A stretch of 64,000 nt of DNA from Oscillospiraceae bacterium. Its GTDB lineage: Bacteria; Bacillota; Clostridia; Oscillospirales; Ruminococcaceae. Each line of letters starts with the position of its first letter. Position 1 is the first letter of the stretch. This document shows positions 58,303 to 64,000 of the stretch, one piece after another. A model generated the notes under the pieces. That model was not told where the DNA came from and did no database searches. It was given only the letters and a program-made list of their open reading frames with translations. A program made the translations under genes and the position numbers. The DNA lies in the NCBI GenBank assembly GCA_021201235.1, contig JAJQFI010000024.1, positions 266,657 through 330,656 of the forward strand, read 5' to 3'.

Positions 58303-59126
58303 TGTGTTCCCGATTTGTGTATGACAACGAAATTTCACAGGTAGAGAATTCAAATGCCACAGCTCGGCTTTGGATACAGCCGGATCATACTGTATACAAG
58401 CAGTATGTTGTCAGAAACGAGGTAACCGAGCAGAATATAACCAATTTGCTTTTGATGGCTGAGCACAAAAAGGCATGGAAAATTTCAGAGATTGTGTTTC
58501 CCTTGGAGATTGTCAAAGATTCTGGTGCTGTTTTGGGATATACAATGCTGTATATCAACGGCAGAACCATTGATAAATATCAGTCTGATAGAAAAGTTCC
58601 ACGCAATAGCCAATTAGGAGTACTGCTAAAGGTGGCAAAAGTCATTGACGCATTACCGAAAGGTGTTTATATCGGCGACTTACATGGCAATAATATTCTC
58701 ATTGACGATAACGAAAACATACATATTATAGATGTGGACGGGTTTTCGCTCGACAAGGGCTATAAAATCTCTTGCCCCGCGGAGTTTTGGCTACTGTCTT
58801 CTGCCAGACAGAACAAGAAATATTGGAAAGGCGGACGCTTTGTTATATCAAAGGATTCCGATATTCTTTGTTGGTATATGCTATTTGTCACGTGGCTTAT
58901 GGGTGCGTCTCCTTTGATGTATACAGAGAACGAGGTGCAAAATTACTTTTCATACTTGAAAAGTGTAGGTTTTTCCACCTCTATCTTGGATGATATATCT
59001 AGGTTGTCAAGCAAAAGGCATAATATTATTAATATAGCACACATAAACGAACTGAGTGAAAAAGAGTTATCCAGATTCTCATATCACGAATACAGAGAGT
59101 CGACGATGAAGAAGTTTATGGTGTGA
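58302..59126 (+). CDS. Protein-kinase-fold (ePK-like) protein
   Basis: The ATG overlaps the LRR stop (TGATG). Beta-3 Lys candidate TVYKQY. Catalytic loop IGDLHGNNILI. DFG-like IIDVDGF. ..SDILCWYML.. The last 9 codons (ESTMKKFMV) are the duplicated trkA tail. Confidence 0.6.
   Translation: MCSRFVYDNEISQVENSNATARLWIQPDHTVYKQYVVRNEVTEQNITNLLLMAEHKKAWKISEIVFPLEIVKDSGAVLGYTMLYINGRTIDKYQSDRKVPRNSQLGVLLKVAKVIDALPKGVYIGDLHGNNILIDDNENIHIIDVDGFSLDKGYKISCPAEFWLLSSARQNKKYWKGGRFVISKDSDILCWYMLFVTWLMGASPLMYTENEVQNYFSYLKSVGFSTSILDDISRLSSKRHNIINIAHINELSEKELSRFSYHEYRESTMKKFMV
59100..59126. repeat. Direct repeat DR-R (27 bp)
   Basis: Identical to 57435-57461. Confidence 0.95.
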
Positions 59127-59141
59127 ATATAGCTATAGCAC

Positions 59142-59175
59142 AAAAAAGAAGGTCTCTTTGAGACCTTCTTTTTTT
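59142..59175. terminator. Bidirectional terminator (trkHA-cassette operon / FtsX permease gene)
   Basis: AAAAA-AGAAGGTCTC-tttg-AGACCTTCT-TTTTTT. Confidence 0.85.
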
Positions 59176-59180
59176 GGCTT

Positions 59181-61985
59181 TTAGTCTTCGCCCAATTTAA
59201 GTGCCTTATTGATATTGATCGACTTTACAAGCCGTGCGATAATCAGGAAGCCTACGACGAGCATTACGCCTATTATGCAGTAGAGCTTGATGTAGTCGCT
59301 CCTCGATGCCGCCACGACGAACGGCGGGACCTGATCTGTCACGTTGTAGAGAACCTGGAACAGCGGGACGAAGAGGTCTGAGGCTATTCCTCCGATGATG
59401 ATTGCAAGGAATATCGAAACTCCCGAAACGAGCACCTGCTCATAAATCAACATCGAGACGATTTCTCTGAACGACATACCCATCGCCCGAAGGATACCGA
59501 ACTGGAGCGTTCGCTCCCTGATTGAGAGAATCCAGTATATCAGGAATCCGATGAAGCACATCGCCATTATCGTGATGAAGCCGAGGGTCAATGCTCCGTT
59601 TACGCCCTGCAAGATAGCGTCGGTCTTAGATGACGTTATCAGCTGGGAAGCGACGTCAAGACGTGTAAGCGTTATTCCCGCATCCTCAACCGACTGATAG
59701 AGGTCGGCGATGACGGCGTCGTCCGAAAGGCTCATCCAGACCTCATACGGCTCGAGAGTCGTCTGAATCGAGACGTAATTATAGTTCATGATGATGAAGT
59801 CCTGATATTCGCCGCTTGAGTTCTTATCTAACGGGTTAAACGTGGGCCAGTAGTCGACAACCGCGACGACGACCGCCTCGAACCAGTCGTTCGAGCCCCA
59901 CTTGACCTCGACAACGTCGCCCAACTGAATGCCCGTCTTGTCCTGATAGGACTGCGAGACGATAATGCCGTTGGTGCATTCGCTGAGAGCGTTTATATAA
60001 TAATTGATGTGAACGGGGAGAAGGTCATCTCTGAACCAGCAGACCTCTGCAAACTGCTCGGGAACTATTGCCATAATGTCGATTCCGGTCTTGGTGGAGT
60101 CGTTATACCGAACCTGTGCGTTTTCACGGTTCAGAACCGGTGTAGCGACTTCTACGCCCGCTAAATCCTCATAGATGAAGTCGGGCTCGGTGTATTGCGC
60201 CTGAGTTTCCTCCTCGCCTTCGTCGTTCGTGACCGTAACACGGGAGTATTTCCACGATTCCTCGAGGACCGCATCGGCGCCGAGGTTATAAGAAATTCTG
60301 TCCTCTGTATTCTTATTGATAGCCCGGGCTGTATTCGCCGAGAAGATTCCGAGGGCAACGGTCAGCATCAGGAATATCATGATGAACGATTCGCGTCCGG
60401 TCGAGGAACGGCTAAGGTTGTTCATCGAGATATAAGCCGCCGGCGACCAGTGCTTTCTGCCGATTCTATAGATAAGTCTTATGAAATACGGATACAGTCG
60501 GACGCAGAAGAGCGCACAGCCGAGGATGAAGAGGGTCGAAGCCGCGAACATCAGCGGATTCATCGTTGCCGAAGTGTCGGTGACGCCTTGCTCAAGAAGA
60601 ACCTCCTCCTGATAGTTGTGCCAGAGGAGCCACGCCACCGTTCCGACAATCATGATGATGTCGAAGTAGCCTCTCTTCCAAAGGGGCTTTTTCTGTCCGT
60701 GAGCCTTCGACTGCTTGTGCTCGACGATTGTGATTTTGGATGCGCTTATCGCGGGTCCCAAGGTCGTCAGGAAGAACACTGCAACCGCCAGGAATGAATA
60801 TGCAAACGCCGTGACGGAAAGCTTGGTCGAGAGCGCCGTTCTGTTGACGAACTCGAGGAAGCCGTTCGAAACGCCGATAATCCGGCAGAGAAGCAGTCCC
60901 ACAAACGGTCCCACAACTCCGGCTATTCCGCCGAGGATGAGCGTCTCGAGGGCATAAATCTTGACTATCTGCCAACGCGAAGCGCCACGGGATTTGTACA
61001 TCGCAATCTCGTTCTTCTCCGATTCGATGTGGAGCTGGGAAACCATGTATAGGTAGAATATCAGCATCAGAACGACGGGGATGTCGAGCATCAGCATGAT
61101 GTAACGGAGCTGTGAAGCCTCGTCGGCGTAATCCTGCAGGACCTCGAGAGCAGGAACACTGAAGGTGCAGTTTTCGCTCTTATAGAGCTCCTTCTGATTC
61201 TCGAGCGTCGCCACAAGAAGCTCGATGGTGTTCATATCCATGTTCTGATAGTCGATTATGAACGTGCAATCGACCGAGCCGAGGGTTACGACTCCCGTCA
61301 TGATGACCTCGTCGGTAAGGGTGGTGAAGTCGCAGAAGAAGGTGTTGTCGTATTCCGTCAAGCCCTCCGACCAGTAGGTGTCGGTGTCGCTTGCGGATTC
61401 AAAGGTACCGACAACGACAATCTTGACGGTGTCGCCGGGGCTTAAGATATTCGTGACCTCGTATTCCTGATTGAGGACTAATTGCGCCGTCTGCAAAGCC
61501 GCCTCGGTGCAGATGACCTCATAGCAACCGTCTTCGTTCATCCCCGATTCAAACATTCTGCCGTTTGTAATCGTGATATGGTCGCCGATGTCGGTCATGC
61601 CGCCTAATTTTAAGAGCGACAGATCTTCGGATTCTATACTTGAAACATACAGGTATGAATCGGACGTGAAGCACTTGTATGTCAGATACGGCACCAGAAG
61701 GTTATTGAACCTGTCCGCCGCAGTCTGATAGACGCTATAGACGGTCGAGCGCTGTTTCTGGATGCTCGTGCCGCTGACGATGGTTTTCGAAACCTCATAG
61801 ATGCCGGGGTATTCGTCGTTTTCCTCCTGATACTCCTGCATGTCCTTGATGAGCATTCTTTGCAGTGAGCCCTGCATGTATATCGGGATGGCGCTCGTCA
61901 TGGCAGTTGCCATGATAAAGCCTACCAAAAGGCAGATGACCATCCACTTTGTGTTTTTCATTTTCCTGAACAGTAATGTCAGCAC
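59181..61985 (-). CDS. Large FtsX-family ABC transporter permease (two FtsX modules, large extracytoplasmic domains)
   Basis: 934 aa. N-terminus MLTLLFRKMKNTKWM typical of MacB/BceB-like permeases; about 10 TMs. Confidence 0.75.
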   Translation of the reverse strand: MLTLLFRKMKNTKWMVICLLVGFIMATAMTSAIPIYMQGSLQRMLIKDMQEYQEENDEYPGIYEVSKTIVSGTSIQKQRSTVYSVYQTAADRFNNLLVPYLTYKCFTSDSYLYVSSIESEDLSLLKLGGMTDIGDHITITNGRMFESGMNEDGCYEVICTEAALQTAQLVLNQEYEVTNILSPGDTVKIVVVGTFESASDTDTYWSEGLTEYDNTFFCDFTTLTDEVIMTGVVTLGSVDCTFIIDYQNMDMNTIELLVATLENQKELYKSENCTFSVPALEVLQDYADEASQLRYIMLMLDIPVVLMLIFYLYMVSQLHIESEKNEIAMYKSRGASRWQIVKIYALETLILGGIAGVVGPFVGLLLCRIIGVSNGFLEFVNRTALSTKLSVTAFAYSFLAVAVFFLTTLGPAISASKITIVEHKQSKAHGQKKPLWKRGYFDIIMIVGTVAWLLWHNYQEEVLLEQGVTDTSATMNPLMFAASTLFILGCALFCVRLYPYFIRLIYRIGRKHWSPAAYISMNNLSRSSTGRESFIMIFLMLTVALGIFSANTARAINKNTEDRISYNLGADAVLEESWKYSRVTVTNDEGEEETQAQYTEPDFIYEDLAGVEVATPVLNRENAQVRYNDSTKTGIDIMAIVPEQFAEVCWFRDDLLPVHINYYINALSECTNGIIVSQSYQDKTGIQLGDVVEVKWGSNDWFEAVVVAVVDYWPTFNPLDKNSSGEYQDFIIMNYNYVSIQTTLEPYEVWMSLSDDAVIADLYQSVEDAGITLTRLDVASQLITSSKTDAILQGVNGALTLGFITIMAMCFIGFLIYWILSIRERTLQFGILRAMGMSFREIVSMLIYEQVLVSGVSIFLAIIIGGIASDLFVPLFQVLYNVTDQVPPFVVAASRSDYIKLYCIIGVMLVVGFLIIARLVKSININKALKLGED

Positions 61986-62025
61986 TTCATGATTCCCTCC
62001 TTGGGTTCTGAGATGGTCTTTATTC

Positions 62026-63075
62026 TTACCTGATGATTACCTCGTCGCCTTCTTCGAGACCCGAGGTTATCTCAACCAAAGAGCCGCTCTGGAGTCCGGT
62101 CTCAACTGCAACCTGAACCCGCTCGTTGTCCTTGAATACATACACAACCTCCTGACCGTTTACCGTCTTGATGAGGTTGGCTGAAATTACTATTACGTTT
62201 TCCCTGCTGTCGAGCACGAGAACCGTGTCGGCGATGTTACCGACAGAGGAGGATTCGGGGAATTCATCGACGAACGCAACGATAACGTCTTCCGAAATCT
62301 CGCCCAAGATTGCTTCGCCGTTCTCGTCATAGAGAACGCCCTCGGTTTCCTCGTCCCACTGTTCTCCTGAAGGATTGGAGACGATGACGCCGTCATAGGT
62401 CTCGCCGTCATACTTGATGGTGATTGAGCGCCCGATGAGGAACTCCGACTTCTCGCTCGAGGGAGAAATCTTGATATAAAGGTCGCTCAGGTCGATAATG
62501 GTGGCGATTGTGTCGCCTGCCGAGACCGTCTGCCCGGGAGATACCGTCTTGACATAGGAGATTGTTCCGCTGACGGTGGCATAAATCTTCGAGGCTTCCT
62601 TTTCGGCATAGAGCTTGTCGAGGTCAATCTGCAACAGGTCGACGTCAAGCTGTTCCTTTGCCTTGACGGTTTCCGACTCGCCGTTCTCGATTGCAATCTG
62701 AACCTCTAACTCTTCGCGTTGCATCTCGAGCTCCATTATGTATATCTCTTCGTCAAGTTCTGTAGTTTCGAGCTCGGCAATCAGGTCGCCCTCTTCAACC
62801 TCATCGCCCGCAGAAACGTAGACCGCCTTGACGGTTCCGCCATAAGAGGCAAAATAGACCTTCTCCTCGGTGCCCGAAGCGATTGTGCCCGAGGTCGTGA
62901 CCTGCTTGGTGATGTTCTTGAGAGTTGCAGTCGTGGTGGTATATGAAACCTCGCTCGCCTTGACTACCGGCGGGTCGAGATATTCCTCTTCCTCCGGCAG
63001 GAAATAGCATCCGCTGAGCGACATGCACATAGCCGCCGCAGTAGTAAGTCCGAATAACGTCTTTTTTATATTCAT
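62026..63075 (-). CDS. HlyD/MFP-family periplasmic adaptor lipoprotein
   Basis: Lipobox LSGC; coiled-coil hairpin and beta-barrel regions; ends ..LEEGDEVIIR. Confidence 0.75.
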   Translation of the reverse strand: MNIKKTLFGLTTAAAMCMSLSGCYFLPEEEEYLDPPVVKASEVSYTTTTATLKNITKQVTTSGTIASGTEEKVYFASYGGTVKAVYVSAGDEVEEGDLIAELETTELDEEIYIMELEMQREELEVQIAIENGESETVKAKEQLDVDLLQIDLDKLYAEKEASKIYATVSGTISYVKTVSPGQTVSAGDTIATIIDLSDLYIKISPSSEKSEFLIGRSITIKYDGETYDGVIVSNPSGEQWDEETEGVLYDENGEAILGEISEDVIVAFVDEFPESSSVGNIADTVLVLDSRENVIVISANLIKTVNGQEVVYVFKDNERVQVAVETGLQSGSLVEITSGLEEGDEVIIR

Positions 63076-63215
63076 GGTAAATCCTCCTGTGTGAAATTTA
63101 CTTGTAGAAGTCGTTACTATAAATTATATCAGATTTTCACGCCGGTTACAATAGAAAACGCCCCCGGGAAGCCTCCCAAGGGACGTAATATTTTTTGAGA
63201 TGTTTTGTGGCGGAA

Positions 63216-64000
63216 TTATGAATTACTTTGGGACAGCTCTTCGAGATTCTGTTTTAACGAATCAATCGCATCCTGATTCCTTCTAAGGATTTCAAGCTGA
63301 CGATACGCTTTTTCTCTTAGTATTTTTAGCCTGTCTAACTGTGGCATTTGCTGTCTTATCAAATCGGCATTTGTATCCTCTAGATTTATAAGAACAACCA
63401 ATTCTTCTGCCGAAGCAAAATCTCTGATATTTGGCGTTTTCCCGCTTATTCCGTTTTCATTTCTCCACTGTGCGGCTGTCTTTCCAAATACAGCCATATT
63501 CAAAACATCTGCTTCAGAAGCATATGTATACGCCATTTCTTGCTGAGATAATGTCGGAGTTATCAGAAACTCTTTTACTGCATCTGTATGAATATGGTAA
63601 TTGATTTTTGAGAGTTCTCTTTTTACATCCCACCCAATTGCTAATCTGTCTGCTTCGTCTTTTTTTAGCCTTTGATAGTCTTTGATTACATATAGTTTAA
63701 ACTCCGGAGAAATCCAAGAAGCAAATTCGAAAGCAATATCAGTATGAGCGTAAGTGCCACCATATCGTCCGGATTTTGATATTATACCGACAGCATCCGT
63801 TGCCTTTATCCACTGTTGTGGCGTCAAAGTAAACGCATTATTTCCTGATTCAGCTTTAAACCTATCGAATTCGATAGGTTTAAAATTCGGGTTATGGATT
63901 TGTTCCCATAAACCCAAAAATGATATTGTTGAGTGATTACGCATCCAATTGGCTATGACGATAAAGGCATTGTCCGGATTTTTATATTTTGCAATATCAG
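63216..64000 (-). CDS. KilA-N domain DNA-binding protein (5' end runs off the right edge)
   Basis: The reading frame stays open upstream of the tracked Met: ..DIAKYKNPDNAFIVIANWMRNHSTISFLGLWEQIHNPNF.. C-terminal coiled coil. Confidence 0.65.
   Translation of the reverse strand, partial: DIAKYKNPDNAFIVIANWMRNHSTISFLGLWEQIHNPNFKPIEFDRFKAESGNNAFTLTPQQWIKATDAVGIISKSGRYGGTYAHTDIAFEFASWISPEFKLYVIKDYQRLKKDEADRLAIGWDVKRELSKINYHIHTDAVKEFLITPTLSQQEMAYTYASEADVLNMAVFGKTAAQWRNENGISGKTPNIRDFASAEELVVLINLEDTNADLIRQQMPQLDRLKILREKAYRQLEILRRNQDAIDSLKQNLEELSQSNS

Larger units (their letters stand above)
57462..59126 (+). mobile_element. 1665-bp inserted two-gene cassette (no recombinase) at the trkA 3' end
   Basis: Bounded by 27-bp perfect direct repeats. 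G+C looks lower than the flanks. The original trkA terminator follows DR-R. Confidence 0.7.

Overview
The window has two parts. Positions 1 to about 14.0 kb are the end of a Firmicutes integrative conjugative element (ICE). All its transfer genes lie on the minus strand: TopB N-terminus, DUF4366-like, DUF4315-like, a CD1108-like membrane protein, a PrgI-VirB4 fusion, VirB6-like, Maff2, VirD4, PcfB and a wHTH replication-like protein. Two plus-strand nuclease-family cassettes bracketed by interleaved direct repeats follow the transfer genes. No integrase or relaxase is in the window.

From about 14.1 kb onward the sequence looks like the chromosome of a high-G+C Clostridia (Oscillospiraceae/Ruminococcaceae-like) organism; that assignment is by eye, not computed. 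Housekeeping genes include prmA, yebC, mrnC, obg, rpmA-prp-rplU, a clpE-like unfoldase, truA-ecfT-ecfA2-ecfA1, a glmM-like gene, ruvABC, comEC, tRNA-Leu(CAG), prfC and trkHA.

Several small accessory insertions interrupt the chromosome:
- An AT-rich BECR-fold RNase-like gene sits behind its own promoter, a tandemly duplicated structured RNA and an intrinsic terminator. This is the layout of a type III toxin-antitoxin system.
- A 1665-bp two-gene cassette (zinc-ribbon LRR protein plus a eukaryotic-like kinase-fold protein) is inserted in the last codons of trkA, flanked by 27-bp direct repeats.
- A convergent small-hydrophobic-peptide/antisense-RNA module between ruvC and comEC looks like a type I toxin-antitoxin system.

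Other notable points are a flavin-reductase/SDR/DUF1295/membrane operon, a lipoprotein serpin, a secreted CotH kinase, and a sigma factor fused to a membrane anchor. There are also a GH51 gene with an in-frame TGA, a frameshifted MFS gene, and two kinds of GC-rich palindromic extragenic repeats. No CRISPR array or rRNA was seen. All family assignments come from motif recognition by eye and need database confirmation.
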